DNA of 64,000 bases from Thermoplasmata archaeon (GTDB lineage: Archaea; Thermoplasmatota; Thermoplasmata; RBG-16-68-12; JAFNFQ01): the NCBI GenBank assembly GCA_041489255.1, contig JBGPQV010000002.1, positions 160,001 to 224,000 of the forward strand, in the 5' to 3' direction. Each line of letters starts with the position of its first letter. Positions within the stretch are counted from its first letter, which is position 1. Position numbers and translations under genes: made by a program. Of the stretch, positions 29,411 to 41,000 are shown piece by piece. The notes beneath the pieces were generated by a model. The model was given only the letters and a program-made list of their open reading frames with translations, was not told where the DNA came from and did not search any database.

Positions 29411-32400
29411 ATGGAGCGAGTCGATTGGGTTGGTCGAAACGGCGGTCACCTGCGCGCCGTCACGTTCGCGTGCCTGCTCCTCTCGTCGGCCACACTCTTG
29501 GCTCCTGGGCTCACCCGGGACGCGGCAGCTCTGCAGATCCGATTCAGCAGACCCAACGTGCTGGTGGACAACGGCGGGGCAAACGTCGAAGGATCTCCGG
29601 CCGGAGGCCCTTCGATGGCCGTCGGCGTCGATGGCATTCTCCACGCCGTCTGGAGCGACAGCAGATCAATCACCGAGAAGGGCATCTACTACGCCCAGTC
29701 ATTCGATGAAGGGGCCTCCTGGACCATGAAGGCGCGAATCGACGGTTCGACCGGATCCAACAATGTGGCCCCCTCCATCGCGGTCGACACCTCGATGGGG
29801 GCTCACAGCGGCAACATCTACATCGTTTGGCAAAGGGGCGAGATGACGAGCGCCGACATCAACTTCGTCATGTCGGCCGATGGCGGCTTGACCTGGGTGA
29901 ACAGAAACAGGATCGACTCCGCCCCTCTCAACGTCCCGAGCATGTACCCCCGAATCACGGTCGATGGTCTCGGGACGGTGTACGTTGCCTTCATGGACGG
30001 GGGGGGCGCGAATGAGGACATATATTTCGCCAGGTCGGACACGGGCGGCTCCTCGTGGACGCCGGACACTCTTATTTCGAATGATGCCTCTGTCAATTTC
30101 TACCCAGCAATCTCTTCGTGCGGCACGCTCGTCGGGGTCGCCTGGGAGGAGAGAGACACTGCGGGAGTGAAGCTGCTCGTTGCGGTATCAAGCGACAAGG
30201 GCGCGACTTGGCTGAGGAACTCGATTATCTCCATTAGCTCTGGACTGGGGAACCTCGGTTGGGTTTCGCTCGCCGTGGACGACAAGGGCAAGCTTCATGC
30301 GTCCTGGACTCTCGTCGACCCATCCGGAATCCAATCGGTCGTCTACTCGCAGTCGGATGACAAGGGCGTCACCTGGTCCTCCCCCGTCCAGGTCAGCGAC
30401 AACTCGCCGAACCGCTCATACTATGCGGACAGCTCGACCGTTCTGGCCACCCCGAGCATCCTTTACGTTGTGTGGACCGACAGCAGGAACGGCGACTCCG
30501 ATATCTTTGCATCGTGGTCAATGGACAACGGAGCGACGTGGGGCGACGGGATTCCGGGCAACGATGTCAGAGTGGACGACACGGATAACAACGGCCCGTT
30601 GACGGACGACGCCACGATCCAGACCGCCCCTGGGGCAGCCTCATCGAGGTTCGGCCTTTACGTCATATGGTCGGACATGAGGGACGGGGCTTCCTTCCGC
30701 GCATACGCCGCGACTTTTCAGGTCGGAGAGGTACTCATCACTGAGGTGCGGGACGCACCTGATGGCGTGGAGAGCATCGAGTTCTTCAATCGCATGACGT
30801 ACATCATGGACGTCACCGGCTGGCATCTGGACATCGATGGCTCGCCTTTCTCGCTCAGCCCAATCGGCTCGATCCCGCCGGGGGGATACCGCACCGTGGG
30901 GGACGATCCTTCCTCGGACTTGCAGATAGACGTCACTCTCGATGACGAGGGCGGGACTCTGCAGCTCTTCGACCAGGCAGGTGTGCTTCGCGATTCGATG
31001 GCTTACGGGCAGAGGGGGCCCGCGCCAGACCCGCTCACCCTTGAGTCGGTCGCCAGGGTGTACCACGGCGGCGCATACCGCGAGTACTGGACCAGGGCGA
31101 AGTCGCCGACATTCAGGATGCAGAATGGCGGGTCCATCCCTGATTCGAGCTCGGGCGTCGTGATCAACGAGGTGTTCTACAATGCCGGCAATCCAGCCCT
31201 GCGGTTCGTCGAGCTCTATTACAGGGGAGACAGTTCCGCGGACATGACGGGCTTCGACCTTGTTGGCGATGCGACCTACACCCTCCCCGCAGTGACACTG
31301 AACACGACCAACCGGTACCTCGTGATCTCTCCGACTCAGGCACCAGGACTGTTCAGCGCCTTGGATGCAGCGGGAGACAACCTCTATCTGTACGATTCCG
31401 CGGGAGCTCTGGTCGACATGGTCGGCTGGACGGCGCCCCACTCGCAGGGCGAGAGCGCGTGCCGCGCCCCCGAGGGCTTCGGACTGCCGGAAGGGTACGA
31501 CGATGCCTCGTCGTCGGTTTCAGGCTGGCGGTTCGACTGCGTCCCGAGCCCGCATCTCATCGGCATAGGCCCCCCTGGCACGGTCCTCGCGAGAATGGGA
31601 GATACCGTTGAACGCAATCTCACCGTGGTCAACTTCATGGACGTGCCGGCATTGGTGGACCTCAGCTGGAATGCACCGCCCCCGGAATGGACCGTCGGCA
31701 TCTTCGCCTCCGACGGCGTGACACCGCTCGCGGACACGAACATGGACTCCTGGCCCGATGTCAGCCTCGGGAGATCCGGCACGGGAAGCGGAACGGTCAA
31801 GATTGTGGTGAGAATCGGGACCCGAGCCACCGCCGAATCAAACGACACCGTCCTGACGCGCGTTGTCGCCGTGGCCCAGCCGGAAGGCAGAGACAGCGTT
31901 GACCTTGTCACCGGCTTCTATCCGTACCTTGCCATCAACCGCTCCGCGAACCCGAAAGAGGTGTACGTGCGCGGGACGGGCTATGGTGAAGAGACGACGA
32001 TAACCCTGGATCTGAAGGGTCGGGGGATGAAGATCCCGGGGAAGGACGCGGGTGCGGCAGACGTGGTCTTCGTCATCGACGACACGGGCTCGATGGGGGG
32101 ATGGATAGATGCGGTGAAGAAGGACGTCGACGGGATAACTAACATCCTCGTGGCGAATATCACCGACATACGCTTTGGCCTTGTCAGTTACAAGGATGTC
32201 CCTGATATCGATCTTGACCTGGGCCTCACCAGCGATGTCGCGCTTTTCAAGTCGGCCGTATCCGATCTTACAGCGACCGGTGGAGCAGACGAGCCCGAGG
32301 ATCCAGACGTCGCCCTTGACCTTGCCGCCCATCTCTCGTGGAGGATGGGCGCCATACCGAAGGTCATGATACTTGTGGGCGACTCTCCCGCTCATGATAA

Positions 32401-34540
32401 CACGCATCTGGCCGAGGTTGCCGAGTGGGCGTACAACAACCTCAATATTCACACGAACGCGATCGGGTGCGGCGATAAAATCACGATGATCAAGGCCTTC
32501 CAGGCGGCATCGGCGGCGGGTCATGGGTTCTTCACGCAACTGGGGACGCCGGATGCGATGGCTGATGCCATAATCAAGGGCATAATGGACGTGATACCGC
32601 CGATAGACTACGCGGCCGAGGACACCGACGTCAGCGACGGAGACCCGATGGTGAGAGACGCCTTGCCGGCCTACATCGCGTTCGTCCCGGGCACCTTCAT
32701 GGACCCGGCCACAATGGCGCCCAAGCCCCCAGAATTCACAGGCACCGACTCTTTTGGCAACACAGTCCTTGAGTGGAATGTGTCGGTCCTCAAGGTGAAT
32801 AGCAGCTGGTCGGTCCAGTTCAACGTCACCTCCTCGCTCACAGGTGTGGTCTTGACCAACGTTTGGGGCCATTCCAGGGTGAGCTTCACGAATTGGAGCG
32901 GCGCGCACATCCTCATCGACTTCCCGAAGGTCTGGATTATCGTCTCGTCGCCTCAACCACTTCCGGACCTGACGCTGGCGACCTCGGACATCGTCATGTC
33001 CCCTCCTGCGCCCTATCTTGAAGGTCTCCCGCTCTATCTGAACGCCACGGTGCACAACGTAGGCCAGGGCATGTCTGAATCGACATTCGTCAGGTATCAT
33101 GATGGTTTCCCTCCTTCGCCCCAAGTCGGTGCCGACCAGCCAATCCCCCCCGTCGCAGTCGGCGGGACAGCCGCCGTGTCGGTGGTCTGGACGCCGACCG
33201 TCCCCGGCGTCCACAACATCTGCGTCGTGGTTGATCCGATGGACAGTGTCCGCGAGACGGACGAGACAAACAATCGCGCATGCGTCGTGATGACTGTGCA
33301 GCCGACCAAGCCAGACTATGTCCCGGTAAGCCCCCTGCCTTCCAACGCGGTCAAGATCGGCCTCTCACAGCTTCTGAAGCTGTCGGTTCAGGTGCTCAAT
33401 CAAGGTGACAAGAGCGCGAACGCGACCGCCACGCTCGCGTTATACAACGAGTCCGACCCGGCCAATCCTTTCGCGACATTCACGGTGCCGCCGCTGGATG
33501 GTTCGGAGACGTCCTCGCGCTTCACCGCCACATGGAGGTCTCCCGCCACTCCAGGCACACACAACGTCGCCGCCAATGTGGACTACCACAACAACGTCAC
33601 GGAGTCGAGCGAGACCAACAACGTGTTCGCGTGGACGGTGAACGTCGTTCCCGGACCGATCACCTCTCTCGTCATAGGCCGTCCCAATTACACATCCACC
33701 GCCACGTACGCCAGATCGTCCACCCCTCTCAGCTTCGAAGTCATGGACGAGAGCGGAATGGGCATCAGGGACACGACTTACCGGATTGACGGCGGCACGT
33801 GGGTCAACTATGCCGCCAGCGGGCAGTTCGACCTGACCGGGAAGGGAGAAGGGCAGCATGTACTCGAGTGGTTTTCGGAGGACTACGCCGGCAACGTCGA
33901 AGGCATCCGCCACAGCTCCCTCATCGTTGACGACACGCCACCGTCGACATCTATCCAGCCTGGAGATTCCAATGTGTCCGTCGACGCTTTGTTCAACCTC
34001 ACGGCCGATGACGGTCAGGGTTGCGGCGTGGCGGTTCTGGAATACAGGATTGATGGCGGTTCATGGGACGCCTACCTCGCTCCCTTCAGCTTGGCGGAGG
34101 GATGGCACAACATTACATACAGGTCATGGGACCACCTGAATAACTCTATCGAGAAGACGCACCCGGTGAAGGTGGTCTCCGCCGAGTTGCCGCCTGGCGT
34201 GCGGGTGGAAGTGAACTATAAGCCCCTCGTGGCGGTGATCTTCGCAATCATCCTGGCATTGGCGGGAGTCTGGTCCTCGAGGAGGAGGCCGTGGAAGGAT
34301 GGGAAAGACAAGATGGCGGTCCTGAAAGCTTTCACATTCACGTCGATGCCCTTCGTGCTGGCGGAGGCGGCGACTGGCGTCGTGTCTTTCCTCACCGGAC
34401 AGCTGTCGATACCGCCGCTGGTTGGAGTGGGCACTGCTGTTGACTTGGCGATTCTCTTGGCTGGATTGGCTGTCGCGATTCTCCGTGTGAGGACAGGACC
34501 ATCGGAAGTAGAGAAAACGAGTACACCGCAGAAGCGGTGA
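29411..34540 (+). CDS. Giant cell-surface protein: BNR/sialidase propeller, 2 lamin-tail-like domains, VWA, CARDB, Ig-like domains, 3-TM C-terminal anchor
   Basis: Signal peptide; S.D.G.TW repeats; VLITEV/VVINEVFY; VWA DVVFVIDDTGSM; CARDB VDP.D.V.E.DETNN; start may be 29372. Confidence 0.88.
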   Translation: MERVDWVGRNGGHLRAVTFACLLLSSATLLAPGLTRDAAALQIRFSRPNVLVDNGGANVEGSPAGGPSMAVGVDGILHAVWSDSRSITEKGIYYAQSFDEGASWTMKARIDGSTGSNNVAPSIAVDTSMGAHSGNIYIVWQRGEMTSADINFVMSADGGLTWVNRNRIDSAPLNVPSMYPRITVDGLGTVYVAFMDGGGANEDIYFARSDTGGSSWTPDTLISNDASVNFYPAISSCGTLVGVAWEERDTAGVKLLVAVSSDKGATWLRNSIISISSGLGNLGWVSLAVDDKGKLHASWTLVDPSGIQSVVYSQSDDKGVTWSSPVQVSDNSPNRSYYADSSTVLATPSILYVVWTDSRNGDSDIFASWSMDNGATWGDGIPGNDVRVDDTDNNGPLTDDATIQTAPGAASSRFGLYVIWSDMRDGASFRAYAATFQVGEVLITEVRDAPDGVESIEFFNRMTYIMDVTGWHLDIDGSPFSLSPIGSIPPGGYRTVGDDPSSDLQIDVTLDDEGGTLQLFDQAGVLRDSMAYGQRGPAPDPLTLESVARVYHGGAYREYWTRAKSPTFRMQNGGSIPDSSSGVVINEVFYNAGNPALRFVELYYRGDSSADMTGFDLVGDATYTLPAVTLNTTNRYLVISPTQAPGLFSALDAAGDNLYLYDSAGALVDMVGWTAPHSQGESACRAPEGFGLPEGYDDASSSVSGWRFDCVPSPHLIGIGPPGTVLARMGDTVERNLTVVNFMDVPALVDLSWNAPPPEWTVGIFASDGVTPLADTNMDSWPDVSLGRSGTGSGTVKIVVRIGTRATAESNDTVLTRVVAVAQPEGRDSVDLVTGFYPYLAINRSANPKEVYVRGTGYGEETTITLDLKGRGMKIPGKDAGAADVVFVIDDTGSMGGWIDAVKKDVDGITNILVANITDIRFGLVSYKDVPDIDLDLGLTSDVALFKSAVSDLTATGGADEPEDPDVALDLAAHLSWRMGAIPKVMILVGDSPAHDNTHLAEVAEWAYNNLNIHTNAIGCGDKITMIKAFQAASAAGHGFFTQLGTPDAMADAIIKGIMDVIPPIDYAAEDTDVSDGDPMVRDALPAYIAFVPGTFMDPATMAPKPPEFTGTDSFGNTVLEWNVSVLKVNSSWSVQFNVTSSLTGVVLTNVWGHSRVSFTNWSGAHILIDFPKVWIIVSSPQPLPDLTLATSDIVMSPPAPYLEGLPLYLNATVHNVGQGMSESTFVRYHDGFPPSPQVGADQPIPPVAVGGTAAVSVVWTPTVPGVHNICVVVDPMDSVRETDETNNRACVVMTVQPTKPDYVPVSPLPSNAVKIGLSQLLKLSVQVLNQGDKSANATATLALYNESDPANPFATFTVPPLDGSETSSRFTATWRSPATPGTHNVAANVDYHNNVTESSETNNVFAWTVNVVPGPITSLVIGRPNYTSTATYARSSTPLSFEVMDESGMGIRDTTYRIDGGTWVNYAASGQFDLTGKGEGQHVLEWFSEDYAGNVEGIRHSSLIVDDTPPSTSIQPGDSNVSVDALFNLTADDGQGCGVAVLEYRIDGGSWDAYLAPFSLAEGWHNITYRSWDHLNNSIEKTHPVKVVSAELPPGVRVEVNYKPLVAVIFAIILALAGVWSSRRRPWKDGKDKMAVLKAFTFTSMPFVLAEAATGVVSFLTGQLSIPPLVGVGTAVDLAILLAGLAVAILRVRTGPSEVEKTSTPQKR

Positions 34541-34926
34541 CAGGCGGGAGACCGACAGAGTACATCAACACATTGGATTGCACATCCTGATTGGTCAACA
34601 GGCCGCTGCGTTGCGTTTGTGAGATGCGCATCTATCACGTCAGGGACCGTCCCATCAGTTGGAGATTCTCCATCTACTTCACGACTAGCCTAGACGACTG
34701 CGCAAAAATGTAGGCGTTGCCGCTCGCAGAATTTGCTCGACCGAATTGACCGATCCTACAGGGAATCGACGATCACCTTCTCTCCAAGCGCCCGAAAGAG
34801 TCGGCGGAGGCGTGGCGAACGTCGGCTGCGAGTTGGATTCCTGAATCAGGTTCTCGTGCTGGGAAAGCGAGGGCATCCACAACCCCCGTCCTTCGTTGTC
34901 CGACAGAAATGGGAAGTTCCATGTTG

Positions 34927-34936
34927 CTATTAAATA
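34927..34936 (+). promoter_or_regulatory. Probable TATA box for the 2961-aa gene
   Basis: CTATTAAATA about 70 nt upstream of ATG 35007. Confidence 0.45.
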
Positions 34937-35006
34937 GGGCAATCGCCATGCGGCTCCTGTCGCGGCCGGTGGGTGGCCGAGTGACCGTTCGGAGGAGAAG
35001 AAGGGC

Positions 35007-38000
35007 ATGCGTTCTCTGGCAGCGAAGCTTGCGAGCGTGTTTTGCGTGGCAGTGATATTGACAGTGGCCTTCCAGCAGGTGCAGAAAGCGGGGGCCCCCT
35101 CAAGCGGACAGAGCATTGAAATGGACGAGGATTGGGAGTCTTCAAGGCCTGTCACGCTGAGCCGTGGGGACTCTATCGCCCCGTCTGCTCAGGCAGTCGG
35201 GAACGGCATGGTGCACCTCGCGTGGATCGACACTAGGACGGGTTCCGGTGCCGTGTATAACAAGAAGAGCACGGACGGAGGGGAGACCTTCACCTCGGAC
35301 AGGCGCATTTCTGAGGTTGGTTCTCAGCCCGGAGCGCCTTCCATTTCGGTATCCACGGATGGCAAGAACGTCGCCGTGGCATGGGATGCGGTGGTCGAGG
35401 TCGAGAATCAGACCGGGAGGGCCGTTCTGTTCCGCCAGTCCACAGATGGCGGGTCGAGCTTCGGCAAGACCACCATCGTCACATTTGGACGAACTCCTCA
35501 ATTGCAGTCCTACGGTGGCGACATGATCCTCTCATTCCTGCAGGAAGATAGGGCGAAGGGCGCGACCTACCTCAGGACGTTGCGCGTCCCGGCAGGAGTG
35601 AAAGACCAAGGTCCGGCGAATGAACTTCTCACGTTCGACACATCGGCCTCGTCATTGAAGACGACCGTTGAAGCCAGCATGGTCCATATCATCTGGGACG
35701 AGTGGATGCAGGGCCGCGAAACCATCCTCCACTCCTCCATCGACCTCAGCTCGGGGCGCGTCGAGGGCGCGCATCTTGTCGCGATTCCCAGTGGGACGCT
35801 CACCCCCGAGTCGATGACCCTCACCGCGTGGAACCGAAGAGTCGTCGTCGCATGGAGCGAGACGAAGGACGGAGTGGCGGGAGTCTATTCTGCGAGGAGC
35901 GGGGACATGGGTGTACACTGGGGTTCGGTCATCGCAGTCACCGACATGAAGAGCAACGCAGCGAACCCTGCCGTGATGATGAACTCTACCGGAGTCCTGA
36001 CCGTCGTGTGGCAGGACGACCTCAAAGGGCCTTGGCAGCTCTACGGGCGGACGTTCAAGGATCTTGGCATCCCGCTCAGCCCCGCGACGAGAATTACATA
36101 TGGCAGGGCGGACGCCATGAGGCCAGCGATGGCGGTTGATGGGCAGGACAACATCTATCTATTCTGGCAGGACAGGAGGGGCGGCAGAACTTCGGTCTAC
36201 ATGGACAGCGATCTCTCCCTCCACAGACCGGCCATCGGCAGCGTCCTAGTCTACGCGGGCAGGCTCCCGGCGTCCGCATATTCTTCGCCGGAGCAGAAAA
36301 GCAGAATGCTATTCTTGGACCTCCTCAATGATTTGCGGTCGTCGATCGTCCAGAGTGAGGAGCAGACGGCGGCCATGAAGATCAGGACATACATCCTCCC
36401 TAGGATGGATGGAAGTCTCGGCGGCACACCGAGCGACGATCTCCTGGTCGACCCCAAGGCGCAGGCTCATCTCGCATGGTCATTCAGGCTGATGCTGCGC
36501 GAGCTCGACCCGGACCAGTCCGGTTCCGGGAGAACCAGGAGCGGCAGCTCCCCGATCTCCGGTGAAGAGCCACTGCCCCCGGACACTCAGTTCTCATATA
36601 CGAATTATGCCCCGGTGTTCAACATCACCGTCTCGGACATCACCTCAACCACCGCCAAGGTCAGTTGGGAGACAAACCCGCCGAATGCTTACGCCACATG
36701 GCTCAATTGGGGAAAGAACACGACTATGGGCAACCAGGTTTTCGCGCCTTCCGGAAATCCATGGAATGTCACACTCAGCGGTCTCGAGGCGAACACGACA
36801 TACTATTACGGGATCCAAGCAGTCCTGCAGACGACGCCCCCGCCTCCCATGCACATAGCCTATGACAGTTTCTACACAGGGGTCATAATCGAGAATGTGA
36901 GCTACGAGGTCCTGTCAGCAAGCGAGGTCACGATCCAATGGAAGACGAACTTGCCTTCGACAAGTGTTGTGAGGTATAACACGACGGATGCATATGGGCT
37001 GGTTGCGACCGGCGATAATGACACATATCATTTCGTCGACCTGAGCAGCCTCGATCCTCGGCAGACATATCACTTTCAAGTAGAGTCCGTCGCTGAGTCC
37101 GATCCGATTCTATGGGCCACGTGTGCGGACCACGACTTCACCACCCACTTGGAGATACTCAACCTCACGACAAGATCATCTGTGTATGCATTTGGCGCCT
37201 ACCACATCACCCTGACTTGGAACACAACCAGAAACGCCACCTCGGAGGTGAGGTATGGAAATTCGACCCTGTACGGTCTCCAGAGCAACGGCACTCAAGG
37301 CCTCATCCACAACGTGACCTTATGGGAACTTCGCAGCGCCACGACCTACTACCTCCAGGCCAGGTCAGTCGGCCTTGATGATGAGAACGACACAGACGCC
37401 GAGGAAGGCGTCCCGTTCGCCACTCCGCCGATCAGCATCTATAACATCACGGTCGATGCCACCTCCAGTTCCGCCATAATCTCGTGGGAAACGAACTACA
37501 ACGGCACATCGGTGGTCCGTTGTGGCGAGACGGTCAACTACACTGACAACAGAACCAGCACCAACGGCACAATGCACTCGGTGACGATCGACAACCTCGA
37601 CACCTCCATGACCTACCACTTCCGGGTCGAGTCGACCTCTCTGAACAACGGGAACGACACTGCCATCGGCCTGGACAGGACGTTCACGACGAAAGGAATC
37701 CTCGTTTCCAACGTCCAGGTGACAAACATAGGCACGACAAGCGCGACTATCACATGGTCGACCGGCAACGATCAGGGCACAACGGTGCTGAGGTACGGGC
37801 GTGACTCGATCTGGGAGCATGTGGCGACTGGCGCCAATGGCACATCTCACTCGGTAACCCTCCAAGGCTTGCTGCCTGAGACTAAGTATTACTACCGCGC
37901 CGAGTCCTCGTCGCTTTCCAACCTCAATGACACGAACGTCTCCCTGACCAACTTCTTCAACACCCTCTATGCCCCCAACGACGCGGACAGCGGGACCGAC

Positions 38001-41000
38001 GCGGGGAACACCATTGGCATGGCCCTACCCGTGGAACCAGGCAATCACAAGGGTCGGGAGGAAGCGGTCGTGGATCGCAACGACTTCTACAGGCTCCGCG
38101 CGGGTGGCAACCAGACAATCAAAGCCCGTCTCGTCCCGCCCGCCAACATGGACCTCGACCTCTTCCTCTACGGACCCAACCAGCAGCTCAAAGCGTCTTC
38201 CCAGGCACGCGGCCTCGGGCTGCAGGAGTCGCTGGCCTACACCGCGAATATGGATGGCTTCTGGTTCATCGAGGTACGCCTTATCAGCGTCCAAGGGGGC
38301 TCGTCGGGCTATTACACACTGACGTTCAACGCCACCGCCGGTTCTCCTGAGAGGCTCGTCCTCGATGTAGGCGCGGCCAGCGACACGGACGTGGTCGGCA
38401 GAGTGCCGGGCCTGTCGATTGACGCGTCGACCGGATGGGGCGGCTCCACGCATTCGACATCCTCGTCGACCGCCACTTTCTGGAACATCGCAAACAACCC
38501 GTGGTACCGCCAGGCGGTGGCCGACAGCACGTTCTACCTAAGCCTCTACCGCAACTCGCCCGAGAAGTACACGGATTGGCTCGTCACCTTCCAATACTAT
38601 TGCTCTGAGGACGTGAACGTCTCCCTCTATAACGGGGCGGGCTGGGTCAACGTCACCAGGATGCCCGGGAAAGGCAACTGGTGGACATGGAACTTCATCC
38701 TGGAGCACACGCTGTTCTACGACTACCTGCCCAGCACGATCGGGATCAACGTGGCCATGCGCTTCTCCGATGTCGTAGATATCGACAACATCTCCGCCAT
38801 CGCGTACGGCTACGCCACTCATGTCGGTCACGGCAGCGACGACAACGACACCTTGTACCACTCCCCGGGCATGCTGACGGGCACCGGCTGGACTGACACT
38901 GGGAACGGTTATAGGAACGGCGCCAACTGCAGTGAACTCGTGATGAACATCCCAGACACGAGCGCCACCTACAACGTCGATTTCAGATTCAAGGGCGACA
39001 TCGAGAAGCTCCATGTCGAGCAGTATGACGGCCATGATTGGCTGCGTCTGGCCACTCTTGTCTCGTTCGGCATGGACAACTACTTCAACACGAACCAGAC
39101 CGCGTACTACGATGCATATCCTTTGATTCCCGGCATGAACCTCAGGATCAGGTTCGTCGCCTCCGCCATTCACGAGTTCACCTACGCCTCGATACACATC
39201 GTCCGCTGGTTCGACGAGGTCGGTGCATCAGGTGACAACTATCTCTGGTCGCATGAGCCGGGGATGAGCCTTTATCCGAACAGCCAGTGGGGGCCAATCG
39301 CCGCTATCGACGGGCGGCAAGTCAGATACGGGCAGAGGGACGCGGAAGTCTATCTCAACGCTCCCTTGATTGACTCCGATTACATTGTCTACCTCGCTTA
39401 CAAGGCATCAACTGCGGGCGGACAGGTGAAGCAAAGGAACGGCAATTCCTACCAGGTACTTGGGGACCTTCAGGGCGACTCACAGTGGCACACCGGGGTT
39501 TTCAGGACGAATCTCACGTTCTACAGGGACTGCTACGGTAGCGATCAATTGAACATCGTGCTTCACTTCACTGTCGCCCTGTACCTCGACCGCATGTGGG
39601 CGGAGCCAGATCAAGACAATGACCATATATCCGAACTCGGGGAGACGCAAACATACCCCGAGGAGGAATTGCCGAACGGCACGACTCCGCTGAGCTTCAA
39701 CTACTCCGGATATGCCTCCGGCTTGTTCATGATCTACGGCAATGCGGGGGGGAGCTGGATGCAGGGAGTCGATTGGCGACAGGAGGCGTATATCGACTTC
39801 TTCATCAACAACACGAGGGTCGGGCAGGTCTTCCGCTCGACCGGAAAGAAGAATTATCATCCAGAAAGCACGCCCTCCCAGCCTAAGGAGCTGAGAGTCG
39901 GACCGGACGGCATAGTCGTTCCCCGAGTCGACACATACGTCAATCCGGACTGGTCTGCGGACTTCGAGATCAAGTTCCCCCTCTGCAGCGGTCCGAAGAC
40001 GATAAAGGCGGAAAGCTACGGAAAGCCCATCAAGAACTCACAATGGATAACCTCGTGGCACATAGCGAGGCTCACGTCGCAGGCAACCAACAACGACACG
40101 GACGGAGACGGCCTTACAGACATGTACGAGGCATGTACCTCGCACACCTCCCCCCTGGCCCCGGACACGGACTATGACGGCCTCACCGACTACGATGAAC
40201 TCTATTGGTTCAACTACGCAAACAGCAGCGCAGGCGGCTACGAGGCGAATGTGACGATGAACATTACCGTAGACGCCTTTGCGAGATACTCGATCGCCAT
40301 GGAGACTACCGCGACGCCCTCCGGAGGACAAAACGTCTCGATGCAGGTTTACATGGATGGGCAATTGAAAGAGAGCAGGAACTGTACCGCGGGTTGGACT
40401 TTGGAGTTATCCGGTTTCACGCTCTCGCTGGCGAAAGGCATGCACAGCCTGCAGATAAACAGGGGAAGCTCGACCGGCAGCGTCAAGGTGTATCATGTCT
40501 GGGGATCGAGGTCTGACATCACGTCGCCTCTCGAGGAAGACGCGGACAGGGATTTCTTGCTGGATGGAGAAGAGGTCAAGGGCGAGATAGGTTGGTTCAC
40601 TGACCCGACAGAGCCCGACACGGATGGCGACTGGGCACCAGATGGATACGAGGTGCGAGCGCTCAAGTCTGATCCTATGAAAACGGACACGGATGGAGAC
40701 GGGTTCAAAGATTCCATAGACATCGATCCGCTGCATGACCTGACAGTCCAAGTCTGGCTGAAGGAACTGTGGATGACCGGCTGGGATCAGAGTAAGACAT
40801 ACTACTGCGAGGTGGGCATCAACGGCGATTTCACGCGCACTGCCGCCTCGAACGGGGATGACCCTGACCCGAGGGGGAATCACTTCATCTCCAAGAATGT
40901 CCCCGATGACAAGAGGGATGTCACGATAGTCATCAAGGCGTTCGACAACGGGCCGTCGGACAACGATATCGACATCACTCCGGGACCGGGCAAATCGCTT

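Noticed and set aside
31838-33214. Long antisense ORFs (this one, and e.g. 5337-6275, 19376-20320, 20912-21976, 15141-16106)
   Set aside because: They are shadows of well-supported genes in GC-rich DNA and carry no motifs of their own
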